From an uncultured Clostridia bacterium (GTDB lineage: Bacteria; Bacillota; Clostridia; Christensenellales; UBA1242): DNA of 64,000 nt. Under the pieces are notes generated by a model, which was not told the origin of the DNA, made no database searches, and worked only from the letters and a program-made list of their open reading frames with translations. Numbering within the stretch: position 1 is the stretch's first letter; every line of letters starts with the position of its first letter. Both the position numbers and the translations under genes were made by a program. Of the stretch, positions 53,185 to 61,842 are shown piece after piece. The stretch spans positions 191,681 to 255,680 of the forward strand of contig CAMMFF010000001.1 of assembly GCA_946496065.1 (NCBI GenBank). The letters run 5' to 3'.

Positions 53185-54456
53185 ATGAGAAAGAAGACAA
53201 AAGAAGCAACTTTCGGTGTCGTAGAAGGGCAAGGAGCAAATGTTAATGATCTTGACACCGAAAAAGTTAAAAAGGAATACCAAAGTGTGTTGTTGTATCA
53301 AACAAAGCAACGCAACAATTTGTTGGGCGAATTTTTGCCTGATGGAACATACAAAATTTCAGATGCAAAAATTTTAAGTTCGCTCATTTCTGTTCCAAAA
53401 AAGTTTGATGACAAAAATAACAACATTGTTTATGCAACAACAAAGATTGATGATGTTGTTTTGAATTTCAAGATAGAATTAAATATGGCTGAAACATATT
53501 GCAATGCCAACCTTTCAATCATTGAGATTGAGCAAGGAATAGAAAAAGATATTAAGCACGTAACAAATTTGGACAGTTTTGTTGATGTGTATTCTCCAAA
53601 ATTTAAAGAAGAAGTGTATTCTCGTTGGAAAGTTTATTTTGACGAAGAAGTTTATGAAAAAGATGATTATTTGAAAAACTATTTAAGAAAACAAAGAGAA
53701 GAATTTTTGTTTAATAAAGAGTTGACAGAGATTCTTTCTCAATTGTATATGGTTAGGATGTTGAAACTTTTAGATGGCTGTGGAGAACTGGGCGAGAAAA
53801 TAAAACTGGAATATAAGATGTTGGTAGAGAAGTTTCTGGAAAAAGATGCAAGCATCATGCAGAACCATACTAGACTTAAAAACATTTTAGATTATGTTAT
53901 CGCAAAAAATAATGCGATGTCAGAACTTTTGCAAATTCAAGAGGCAAAAACGATTTTTGTGGGCTACAGCACACCAATTCAGAGAGTGAGAGACAAGACG
54001 GCTCCACCTCGTGTTACAGAAACGGCTGGACTTCCTAAAAAAGAAGAAAGGAAAGTTGAAAAGAAAAGTTCTCCTGCAAAGAAAAAAGGCAAGGCAAAAG
54101 GTGGCGGAGGCAAGAAGCTTAAGCCATTTGTTTATGATTTCAAAAAATTTAAAGCGGAAAATTTGGGAAGTGCTAAAATTTATGATTATGGAAAACCAAT
54201 TTCAAAGGCTCCTCCAACTGTGGCTCCACCAAAAATATCAACACCAACGCTGGAAACACCAGAGATAACCATGCCACCAAAACCGAATGTCAGGGAGCCG
54301 AAAGTTGCTGTTTTGCCAATGGTGAAAGACGAAAAAATGAAAAAAGCAGGAATGATGTTTGGAGAAAGTGAAGAAGAAATAAAAAAGGATAATTTGGAGA
54401 AAGAAACTGCTTCAAATTCAAGAGACAATTTTTCTGATGAGCTCACAAGAGTTTAA
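53185..54456 (+). CDS. hypothetical protein with a Lys/Pro-rich low-complexity C-terminal third
   Basis: 423 aa. The N-terminal ~270 aa look globular and helical. The C-terminus contains KKEERKVEKKSSPAKKKGKAKGGGGKK and APPTVAPPKISTPTLETPEITMPPKP. No TM or signal peptide. Confidence 0.7.
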   Translation: MRKKTKEATFGVVEGQGANVNDLDTEKVKKEYQSVLLYQTKQRNNLLGEFLPDGTYKISDAKILSSLISVPKKFDDKNNNIVYATTKIDDVVLNFKIELNMAETYCNANLSIIEIEQGIEKDIKHVTNLDSFVDVYSPKFKEEVYSRWKVYFDEEVYEKDDYLKNYLRKQREEFLFNKELTEILSQLYMVRMLKLLDGCGELGEKIKLEYKMLVEKFLEKDASIMQNHTRLKNILDYVIAKNNAMSELLQIQEAKTIFVGYSTPIQRVRDKTAPPRVTETAGLPKKEERKVEKKSSPAKKKGKAKGGGGKKLKPFVYDFKKFKAENLGSAKIYDYGKPISKAPPTVAPPKISTPTLETPEITMPPKPNVREPKVAVLPMVKDEKMKKAGMMFGESEEEIKKDNLEKETASNSRDNFSDELTRV

Positions 54457-54490
54457 AAAAAGAAGGTTGATTAACCTTCTTTATTTCTTT
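54455..54490. terminator. bidirectional terminator between convergent orphans
   Basis: AAGAAGGTT (54460-54468), GATT loop, AACCTTCTT (54473-54481). Flanked by an A7 run and a T-rich tract. Confidence 0.7.
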
Positions 54491-54975
54491 ATTTCTATTT
54501 CTGGTTCTTTCAAAATTCCATTGGCATATGCTGTTCTATTATTTTCATTAACAATGGTTGCCATTGATTCTCCCATTTCTCTAACTTGTTGTCTTAATGC
54601 TTCATTGAAATCTGTTGCATCTTTTGTTGTTTTTTTGCTGCTTGTATAAGTTCTATAGGCTTTTTTATATTCTTCTGCGAAATGATTTGCATCAAGTAAG
54701 AATACTGGCAAACATTTTATTTTAAGTTGGTTAGCAATTCCGTCTTCATCAATTTGTTTTAACAATGCCTTTCCTGATTTTACAAACAATTTCCATGATT
54801 CGGCGTCGGTAAGACATGCATTTTTGTATGCTTTAAAAATATCTTCGTCTCCAAACAAATCAAAGATTGCTCTTTTAAGGTCATTATATTTTTTAGGATC
54901 AAAAATATCATCAGTTGCACTTATATCTTGAATTGATAAAGTGTGATTTGAATATGTCTTATATCTTCCTGCCAT
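54481..54975 (-). CDS. hypothetical cytoplasmic protein
   Basis: 164 aa. AAGGAGAA SD. No family recognised. Confidence 0.7.
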   Translation of the reverse strand: MAGRYKTYSNHTLSIQDISATDDIFDPKKYNDLKRAIFDLFGDEDIFKAYKNACLTDAESWKLFVKSGKALLKQIDEDGIANQLKIKCLPVFLLDANHFAEEYKKAYRTYTSSKKTTKDATDFNEALRQQVREMGESMATIVNENNRTAYANGILKEPEIEIKK

Positions 54976-55115
54976 ATCAGTTCTCCTTATATTTTTTATT
55001 CAAAGCAATTATATCATGTTAATTTTGATTTGTAAATACCCTTTTTTAATTTTTTTGAATAATTCCTTTTCTATTTAGCACCATAAATCTAAATTTTTGT
55101 TTGAGGTTGGTTGTT

Positions 55116-56654
55116 ATGAAAAAAGTGAAAAGTCAAAATCGTTTGGGTGTGAGCGCCTTGATTCTGCTTATCAGTGGATTTGTTTGCAAATCTCTTGGAG
55201 CATTGTTTAGATTGCCACTTACAAACCTTATAGGCATTGAAGGGATTGGAATCTTTCAACTCATTATGTCGCTCTATGCTTTTGCATTGGTCCTTACAAG
55301 TGGCGGAATAACAAATTCTTTATCTAAGTTAATTAGCGGGGCAAGAGCAAGAGGAGAAAATGCCAAGATAGCCACATATTTGAAAAGGGCATTGTTTGTT
55401 GGTGTTGGAATTGGCTTGTTGTTGGGGCTTGTCTTTCTTATCTTTGGAAAATACATCTCCACATTTCAAGGAATTGCAAACAACAAAAGTTATTATCTCT
55501 TTATTTTGTTGTTGCCATTAGGTGCAGGACTCAGTGCGTTGAGAGGTTATTTTCAAGGTTATGAAAACATGGTGCCAACCGCTGTCAGTCAAGTCATAGA
55601 GCAAGTTTTTAAGTTTGTTTTTGGTTTGCTCTTTTCTTTCTATTTTGGGAAATTTGGTGTGACCGAAGGTGTCTTTGGTGCATTTCTAGGCATTACATTG
55701 AGTGAAGTTGTGTCATTGTCGTATCTTTTCATTCTTCAAATATATAAAAACAAAAACACGCAGACACTTCAAAATTTGCAGGAAATTAAGTTTGCAAGAA
55801 AAGAATTTGACAAAGCAAATTTTCCGCTTATGTTTTCGGCATCAATTTTGCCCCTTGTCAATGCTTTTGATGGTTTGGTTATTGTTCCAAGACTCATTAA
55901 GGCGGGTTTCACGAATGGTCTGGCGACCAAACTTTTTGGATTGCAGGCTGGAATTGTTGGTGCGATTTTGAACTTTCCATTGATTATTTCAATGGCTGTC
56001 ACAACAACTTTGCTCCCAAACATTTCCTATTTGATTTCAAGGGGAAGCGGAGGGAAGAAAACCATTGAAAAAGGCTTGAAATTGCTGTTGTTTTTGATAT
56101 TGCCAACAACTTTTGGTGTCGTTGCAATTTCAAAGCAGGCGTTTATGTTGGTTTACAAAGACATGACAGGGGCAATCTTGGATACGGCCTTTGATTTGAT
56201 GTTGTATGGAGCATTCTCCATCATTTTCACTGCCATTATGCAATATCTCACGATGTTGCTTCAAGCGAATGGAGAATTTAAATTTATATTAGCAATCACA
56301 GCTTTGGGTGGGGTTGCAAAAGCAAATTTATCCTTTTTCTTGTCAGCAGTTCCATCAATAAACATTTTTGCACTTGTGCTTGGCAACATTGCATTGTCAT
56401 CAATTGTTTGTTTGCTTGCATTGTGGAAATTGAAACGATTTGTCAATTTTTCTTTGTCATTCAGCGAGTTGTTCATGTTGATATTTGCCACTTTTGCGAT
56501 GTTTTTGACAGTTTACACATTTATAAATTGCAACTATTTTCACATCATATTAAACATTCTTTTTGCGGTTGCACTTGGAATGTTGGTGTATTTAGTCTTG
56601 ACAATACCTTTCATGTTGAGATTGAAAACAAACAAAAGTAAGGTGAGAGCATAA
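55116..56654 (+). CDS. MOP-superfamily flippase (SpoVB / YtgP / MurJ-like polysaccharide biosynthesis protein)
   Basis: ~14 TM helices. N-terminus GFVCKSLGALFRLPLTNLIGIEGIGIFQL is typical of the SpoVB/YtgP group. I prefer ATG 55116 (GAGGT 8 nt upstream). Confidence 0.8.
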   Translation: MKKVKSQNRLGVSALILLISGFVCKSLGALFRLPLTNLIGIEGIGIFQLIMSLYAFALVLTSGGITNSLSKLISGARARGENAKIATYLKRALFVGVGIGLLLGLVFLIFGKYISTFQGIANNKSYYLFILLLPLGAGLSALRGYFQGYENMVPTAVSQVIEQVFKFVFGLLFSFYFGKFGVTEGVFGAFLGITLSEVVSLSYLFILQIYKNKNTQTLQNLQEIKFARKEFDKANFPLMFSASILPLVNAFDGLVIVPRLIKAGFTNGLATKLFGLQAGIVGAILNFPLIISMAVTTTLLPNISYLISRGSGGKKTIEKGLKLLLFLILPTTFGVVAISKQAFMLVYKDMTGAILDTAFDLMLYGAFSIIFTAIMQYLTMLLQANGEFKFILAITALGGVAKANLSFFLSAVPSINIFALVLGNIALSSIVCLLALWKLKRFVNFSLSFSELFMLIFATFAMFLTVYTFINCNYFHIILNILFAVALGMLVYLVLTIPFMLRLKTNKSKVRA

Positions 56655-56706
56655 AAAGATGTTTAATTATTCTCTTTTTTGTTCATCATTTTTCTGGAGG
56701 TTTGTT

Positions 56707-56982
56707 ATGAATAAAACAGAGTTTGTAAGTCTTATGTCGAAAAAGACCAAAATGCCAAAGACAAAATGTGAATTATTCTTAAATGAGTTCAAATCCATGA
56801 TTTTGGAAGTTTGTTCAAAAGGAGAGGAAATCAATTTAAGAAATTTTGGAAAGTTTTCTATGCAAGAGAAAAAAGCAAGAAAATTTTTGAATCCACAAAC
56901 GAAACGATATTACATCTGTCAACCAAAGAAGATGATAAGTTTCAAGGGATACAAAAATTTTAAATATGCTGTGAATGGTTGA
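56707..56982 (+). CDS. hup: HU/IHF-family DNA-binding protein
   Basis: 91 aa. MNKTEFV... N-terminus and NPQTK arm motif. GGAGG SD before ATG 56707. Confidence 0.85.
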   Translation: MNKTEFVSLMSKKTKMPKTKCELFLNEFKSMILEVCSKGEEINLRNFGKFSMQEKKARKFLNPQTKRYYICQPKKMISFKGYKNFKYAVNG

Positions 56983-56990
56983 TTGAAGTT

Positions 56991-57016
56991 AAGACACGGA
57001 AAAATCCGTGTCTTTT
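56991..57016 (+). terminator. rho-independent terminator after hup
   Basis: AAGACACGGA, AAAA loop, TCCGTGTCTT (10-bp G:C-containing stem), then a T-run. It lies inside the track's extended dusB ORF, which argues against that upstream start. Confidence 0.8.
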
Positions 57017-57032
57017 ATACATATTCAATGGT

Positions 57033-57062
57033 TTGCATTGTTGTTTCTTTTTGTGGTATGAT
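57033..57062 (+). promoter_or_regulatory. dusB promoter TTGCAT-N18-TATGAT (TGg-extended), 6 nt before the ATG (leaderless layout)
   Basis: -35 at 57033-57038, TGg at 57054-57056, -10 at 57057-57062, ATG at 57069. Confidence 0.55.
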
Positions 57063-57068
57063 ATTGAA

Positions 57069-57992
57069 ATGATAGTCAAAGGCATTGATTTTTCGGATAA
57101 TCCGCTTATTCTTGCACCTATGGCTGGAGTCAGTGATGTTGGGTTTAGGGCACTGGCTTCTTCTTTTGGCGCAGATGCAACAGTGACAGAGATGTTGTCG
57201 GCAAGAGCAATGGCTCACAATCCAAAAAAGACAGAATTTATGACTCTTACAACAGAGGAAGAAAAGATTTTGATTGCTCAAATTTTTGGACACGAAGAAG
57301 ATTTCATGCAAAAAGCAATTTCTTCTCCTTTGCTTGAGAAATTTCAAGTGATTGACATAAACATGGGGTGCCCTGCTCCAAAGATTGTCAAAAATGGTGA
57401 AGGTGTGGCTTTGATGGACAATATTCCACTTGCAAGCAAAATCATTTCAACTTGCAAAAATTCAACAGGCAAACCACTTTCAGTGAAATTTAGGAAAGGC
57501 AACAAGTCTGAAAACTTCCTTGACTTTGCAAAAATGTGTGAAGAATGTGGCGCGGATTATGTGACTTTTCATGCAAGAACGGCATCACAAGGATACAGTG
57601 GACATGCTGATTATGATGCAATTGCGAGCGTCAAGGCAAAGCTCAAAATTCCAGTGATTGGAAATGGCGATGTTGTGGACAAAAAAAGTTTTGAAGAGAT
57701 GAAGGCAACTGGCGTTGATGGAGTTATGATTGGACGTGGGGCAATGGGCAAACCTTGGATTTTTGCTGAGTTGAAAGGAAACAATGTTGAAATTGACAGA
57801 TTTAAAGTTGTGCAAAGGCACGTTCAAATTTTGCGAGAACATTTTGACGAAAATTGGCTTAAACTTTACATAAGAAAACATCTTCTTTGGTATGCGTCAA
57901 ATTTGCCAATGTCTGCTTCGTTGCGCTTGAAGCTTGCAACTTGCGAGAATATTGACGAATGCCTGGAAATTCTGAAAAATGCATTTGATTAA
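57069..57992 (+). CDS. dusB: tRNA-dihydrouridine synthase
   Basis: LAPMAGVSDVGFR, the INMGCPAPKI catalytic Cys loop, and HARTASQGYSG. Confidence 0.9.
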   Translation: MIVKGIDFSDNPLILAPMAGVSDVGFRALASSFGADATVTEMLSARAMAHNPKKTEFMTLTTEEEKILIAQIFGHEEDFMQKAISSPLLEKFQVIDINMGCPAPKIVKNGEGVALMDNIPLASKIISTCKNSTGKPLSVKFRKGNKSENFLDFAKMCEECGADYVTFHARTASQGYSGHADYDAIASVKAKLKIPVIGNGDVVDKKSFEEMKATGVDGVMIGRGAMGKPWIFAELKGNNVEIDRFKVVQRHVQILREHFDENWLKLYIRKHLLWYASNLPMSASLRLKLATCENIDECLEILKNAFD

Positions 57993-58006
57993 ATTGTCTA
58001 AATTGT

Positions 58007-58034
58007 TTTGAATTATTTTTCAAATGTAGTAAAC
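58007..58034 (+). promoter_or_regulatory. putative pgk promoter TTGAAT-N16-TAAACT
   Basis: -35 at 58007-58012, -10 at 58029-58034. GGGGAGAGAG SD before ATG 58069. Confidence 0.35.
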
Positions 58035-58068
58035 TAATATAGAAAATATTTTTATTTAGGGGAGAGAG

Positions 58069-59235
58069 ATGAAGAGAACAATAAGAGATTTAAAAAACAT
58101 TGAGGGGAAACGCGTTCTTTTGAGATGTGACTTCAATGTGCCTCTTGATAAATACGGAGATATTTTGGACGACACTCGTATCTCTGCGGAATTGCCAACA
58201 ATCAAATATTTGGTGGAAAAGAATGTCAAACTTATTGTGTGTTCTCATCTTGGCAGACCTAATGGCTATGACAAGTATTTGTCAATGTTTCCTATTGCAG
58301 TCTATTTAATGAAACACTTTCCAAACAAAGTTAAGTTTTGCAACAAGGTTGTTGGACCAGAGGTTGACAATGCTGTCGCAAAAATGAAACCGGGCGAAAT
58401 TATAGTTTTGGAAAATTTGCGTTTTCAAAAAGGTGAAGAGGAGAACTCTCCAGAATTTGTTGCAGCACTTGCTCGTCTTGCAGATATTTATGTTGACGAT
58501 GCGTTTGGTGTGACTCACAGAAAACACGCTTCAAACTATGGTGTGGCACTCAAACTTCCAAATGCAATTGGTTTCTTGATTGAAAAAGAATTGACTGTTT
58601 TCAAAAAAGCGTTTGAACATACAGAGCACCCATTTGTCGCCATTTTTGGAGGGGCAAAGGTTGCGGATAAATTGAATTTGATCAACAATGTGATGGATAA
58701 AGCTGACACAATCATTATTGGTGGAGGCATGGCATATACTTTCTTGCAAGCACAGGGATATAACATTGGAGATTCGATTGTGTCTCTTGACCAAATTGAC
58801 AATGCTGTTGAAATTTTGAAAAGAGCAAAAGAAAAAGGTATAGAAATTTTGTTGCCTGTTGATCATATTGCACTTTCAAAAGATAGAGCCGTTAAAACCT
58901 CACAACTTTCAAAGGGTATGGTTGGACTTGATATTGGACCAAAAACAATCAAACTTTTTACTGATGCAATTATGAATGCTAAGCAAATCATTTGGAATGG
59001 TCCATTAGGGAAATATGAAGATGCAAGATTTAAGAAAGGAACAATCAAAATTGCCAAAGCTGTGGCAAAAAGTGGGGCATATTCCATCGTCGGAGGCGGT
59101 GACAGTGTCAGTGCTGTCAAGGCAAGCGGAGTTGCGGACAAAATCAACCATCTTTCAACAGGTGGCGGAGCAAGTTTGAAACTTATGGAAGGAAAAGTTT
59201 TGCCTGCAATTGAAGTGATTGACACATTAAATTGA
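58069..59235 (+). CDS. pgk: phosphoglycerate kinase
   Basis: RCDFNVPL, SHLGRP, GGGDS, STGGGASL. Confidence 0.95.
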   Translation: MKRTIRDLKNIEGKRVLLRCDFNVPLDKYGDILDDTRISAELPTIKYLVEKNVKLIVCSHLGRPNGYDKYLSMFPIAVYLMKHFPNKVKFCNKVVGPEVDNAVAKMKPGEIIVLENLRFQKGEEENSPEFVAALARLADIYVDDAFGVTHRKHASNYGVALKLPNAIGFLIEKELTVFKKAFEHTEHPFVAIFGGAKVADKLNLINNVMDKADTIIIGGGMAYTFLQAQGYNIGDSIVSLDQIDNAVEILKRAKEKGIEILLPVDHIALSKDRAVKTSQLSKGMVGLDIGPKTIKLFTDAIMNAKQIIWNGPLGKYEDARFKKGTIKIAKAVAKSGAYSIVGGGDSVSAVKASGVADKINHLSTGGGASLKLMEGKVLPAIEVIDTLN

Positions 59236-59283
59236 AATCTTTTCGTCTTGCAAAATCAATAAAGTTAATTATAGGAGAGAGAA

Positions 59284-60033
59284 ATGAAAAAAATAATCAT
59301 TGGTAATTTCAAAATGAACACCAAGCCAAGTGAACTTAAACCTTATGCGATGTCACTTGCGACAAAAACCAAGGGTTGTAAAAATGAAATTGTGATTTGT
59401 CCTCCTTACACACATTTATCTGTTGCTAGAGAGTTTCTTACTGGAAGTGATGTTGCATTTGGAGCACAAAACATTTCAGAAGAAGAAAAAGGTGCCTTCA
59501 CTGGAGAGATCAGTGCAAGCATGATCAAAGACCTTGGAGCAACCTATGTTATTATTGGACATTCAGAAAGACGTTCAAAATTTAAAGAAACAGACAAACT
59601 TATCAACAAAAAAATCAAAACTGCATTGGCAAATGGACTTAAGGTGATTTTGTGCATTGGTGAGAGTTTGCAAACAAGGGAAAGCAAACAGGCATATGCC
59701 TTCATCAAAAAACAACTTGATGATGATTTGAAAGGAATTTATGAAAACGAACTTGACAGTGTCATCATTGCTTATGAACCTATTTGGGCAATCGGCACTG
59801 GCAAGACAGCAACAAACAAAGATATCACAAAAATGATTGAAACAATCAGAAAAGAAATTGAATATCTTTATTCAGAAAAGGCTGGAAAAGGTGTGACAAT
59901 CATCTATGGCGGAAGCGTTAACATCAACAACTATAAGAAAATCATTTCAAATGAAGCGGTTAATGGTGTTTTGATTGGTGGCGCTTGCCTTGATGTTGAT
60001 GCGTTTGCTGTCATTTGCAGAGAGAATTATTAA
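59284..60033 (+). CDS. tpiA: triose-phosphate isomerase
   Basis: GNFKMN, IIGHSERR, AYEPIWAIGTG, YGGSV. Confidence 0.95.
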   Translation: MKKIIIGNFKMNTKPSELKPYAMSLATKTKGCKNEIVICPPYTHLSVAREFLTGSDVAFGAQNISEEEKGAFTGEISASMIKDLGATYVIIGHSERRSKFKETDKLINKKIKTALANGLKVILCIGESLQTRESKQAYAFIKKQLDDDLKGIYENELDSVIIAYEPIWAIGTGKTATNKDITKMIETIRKEIEYLYSEKAGKGVTIIYGGSVNINNYKKIISNEAVNGVLIGGACLDVDAFAVICRENY

Positions 60034-60045
60034 TACGGAGAAAGA

Positions 60046-61149
60046 ATGAATCATATTGCGCTTTACAGAAAATACCGACCAAAAACTTTTGAAGAGGTCA
60101 TTGGACAAGAACACATAACCAAAACTCTTCAAAATCAGATTGAAAATGACCAGATTGGCCATGCTTATCTTTTTACGGGCACAAGAGGGACTGGAAAGAC
60201 AAGTGTGGCAAAAATTTTTGCAAAATCTGTAAATTGCCTAAGTCCAGTTCATGGTTCTGCTTGTGGACAATGTGAAAATTGCAAAAGATTGGAACAAGAA
60301 AATGACATTAACATAATTGAAATTGATGCTGCTTCAAACAACAAAGTTGATGACATCAGAAACATAAGAGACAAAGTCAAATTCATGCCTGTTGGGGCGA
60401 AATATAAGGTTTACATCATTGACGAAGTTCATATGTTGTCGGACAGTGCGTTTAATGCACTTTTGAAAACATTGGAAGAACCACCTTCTTATGTCATTTT
60501 CATTTTGGCAACAACGGAAGTGCACAAACTTCCTCAAACAATTCTTTCAAGATGTGTGAGATTTGATTTCAGGTTGGTTTCTGCAGAAATGCTTGCAAAA
60601 CATTTGGCAAAAATTTTTGACAAAGAAAACATCAAATATGATGAAGAGAGTTTGAAGATCATTGCAAGTGCAGGAGAAGGCAGTGTGAGAGACACTCTCT
60701 CTATTGCAGACTCCATCGCTTCTTATTGCCAAGGCAATGTCACAAAAGAGAAAACTTTGAGCGTTTTGGGAACAACGGACCATGATTTGATCATCAATTT
60801 CTTCGACAAAATTCAAGAAAAAGATGTTGGTCAAGTTTTGAGTTTGATTGATCGTATCGAAAAAGAAGGAAAAAATTTGGCTGTATTTTCAAAAGATTTG
60901 TCCAAACATGCAAGAAATTTGTTGGTGTGCAAATCTTGTGAAAATGCAAATGAAATACTCAATTTGACAGATGATGTGTTTGCAATGTATAAAGAGCAAT
61001 CACAAAAGTTTGAAGAGAAAGATTTGATTCGATATATGCAAGTTTTCTCAAGTGCTGAGAGTGAACTTAGATACACTCTTTCTGTCAGATTGCTTCTTGA
61101 GACAACTTGTCTTACTGCGATGCTGGGTTTTGATGTAAAAAAAAACTGA
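60046..61149 (+). CDS. dnaX: DNA polymerase III gamma/tau subunit, domains I-III only (367 aa in the zero frame)
   Basis: YRPKTFEEVIGQEH, Walker A GTRGTGKTS, Zn module CGQCENC, DEVHMLS, SRC. It stops at TGA 61147-61149 right after an A9 run. Confidence 0.9.
   Translation: MNHIALYRKYRPKTFEEVIGQEHITKTLQNQIENDQIGHAYLFTGTRGTGKTSVAKIFAKSVNCLSPVHGSACGQCENCKRLEQENDINIIEIDAASNNKVDDIRNIRDKVKFMPVGAKYKVYIIDEVHMLSDSAFNALLKTLEEPPSYVIFILATTEVHKLPQTILSRCVRFDFRLVSAEMLAKHLAKIFDKENIKYDEESLKIIASAGEGSVRDTLSIADSIASYCQGNVTKEKTLSVLGTTDHDLIINFFDKIQEKDVGQVLSLIDRIEKEGKNLAVFSKDLSKHARNLLVCKSCENANEILNLTDDVFAMYKEQSQKFEEKDLIRYMQVFSSAESELRYTLSVRLLLETTCLTAMLGFDVKKN
61137..61145 (+). promoter_or_regulatory. dnaX: A9 run / A AAA AAA slippery heptamer (candidate -1 frameshift or transcriptional slippage site)
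   Basis: ...GAT GTA AAA AAA AAC TGA. The -1 frame opens at 61134, directly after TGA 61131-61133, and runs into ORF 61164-61484. Confidence 0.5.
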
Positions 61150-61163
61150 AAATTGAAAAAGAT

Positions 61164-61484
61164 GTGACAAAGCTTTCTGCAAACAATGTTTGGGGAAAGG
61201 TTGTGCTTTATTTGAAAGAGCATAAGAAAGTTGCTTTGCATGTGGCTTGTGGAGACATTACAAATGCAAAGATTGAAGATGGAAAATTGATTATCCGTTC
61301 GAGCGATGATTTCTTGATTGATGTTCTTGAAAATGGACGAAAGGAAATTGAAAATGCAATCAGATGGCAAGGGCTAAACCTTAGTTTTGTTGTGGTTAAG
61401 TTTGAAAGCGATGAACAAAAAATCAACAAGGACATCAAAAAACTTGAAAATTTCTTTGGAAACAAAGTGGAAATTAATGATTGA
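61164..61484 (+). CDS. 106-codon ORF in the -1 frame of dnaX; probable DnaX C-terminal domain
   Basis: Its own start is only a GTG, with no clear SD. The sequence VWGKVVLYLKEHKKVALHVACGD..EDGKLIIRSSDDFL..IENAI resembles (from memory, not aligned) the C-terminal domain fused to DnaX in other Bacillota. Confidence 0.55.
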   Translation: MTKLSANNVWGKVVLYLKEHKKVALHVACGDITNAKIEDGKLIIRSSDDFLIDVLENGRKEIENAIRWQGLNLSFVVVKFESDEQKINKDIKKLENFFGNKVEIND

Positions 61485-61501
61485 AAATAAAGGAGAATGA
61501 A

Positions 61502-61816
61502 ATGGGATACGGTTTTGGTGGTTTCGGTGGTGGAAATATGCAGGCTTTGATGCGTCAGGCACAAAAAATGCAAGAAGATATGAAGAGAATTCGTGACGAG
61601 ATTGACAGCACAGAATATAAGTCATCTGTTGGCGGCGGTATGGTTGAAGTTTGTATGCTTGGAAACAAGACTGTCAAAAGTGTCAAGATCAAACAAGAAG
61701 TTGTTGACCCAGACGATGTTGAAATGTTGGAAGACTTGGTCACAAGTGCTGTCAATGATTGTTTAAACAAAATTGCTGAAGACGAAAAGAACAAGTTGCC
61801 AAATCTTGGAATGTGA
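61502..61816 (+). CDS. ybaB: nucleoid-associated protein YbaB/EbfC
   Basis: Gly-rich N-terminus, then MQALMRQAQKMQEDM. AGGAGA SD before ATG 61502. Conserved dnaX-ybaB-recR order. Confidence 0.9.
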   Translation: MGYGFGGFGGGNMQALMRQAQKMQEDMKRIRDEIDSTEYKSSVGGGMVEVCMLGNKTVKSVKIKQEVVDPDDVEMLEDLVTSAVNDCLNKIAEDEKNKLPNLGM

Positions 61817-61842
61817 CAGTTTGACAACTTTTGAAGGTGTTT

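Noticed and set aside
56979-57068. The longer N-terminal extensions offered by the ORF track: dusB from 56979, DUF1540 from 52668, hup from 56659, ybaB from 61481, recR from 61831, dnaB from 15503, and the flippase from 55101.
   Set aside because: The extensions start at TTG or GTG without an SD. They run through terminators, promoters or the neighbouring gene. They add non-homologous residues. Internal ATGs with properly spaced SDs or leaderless promoters fit better.
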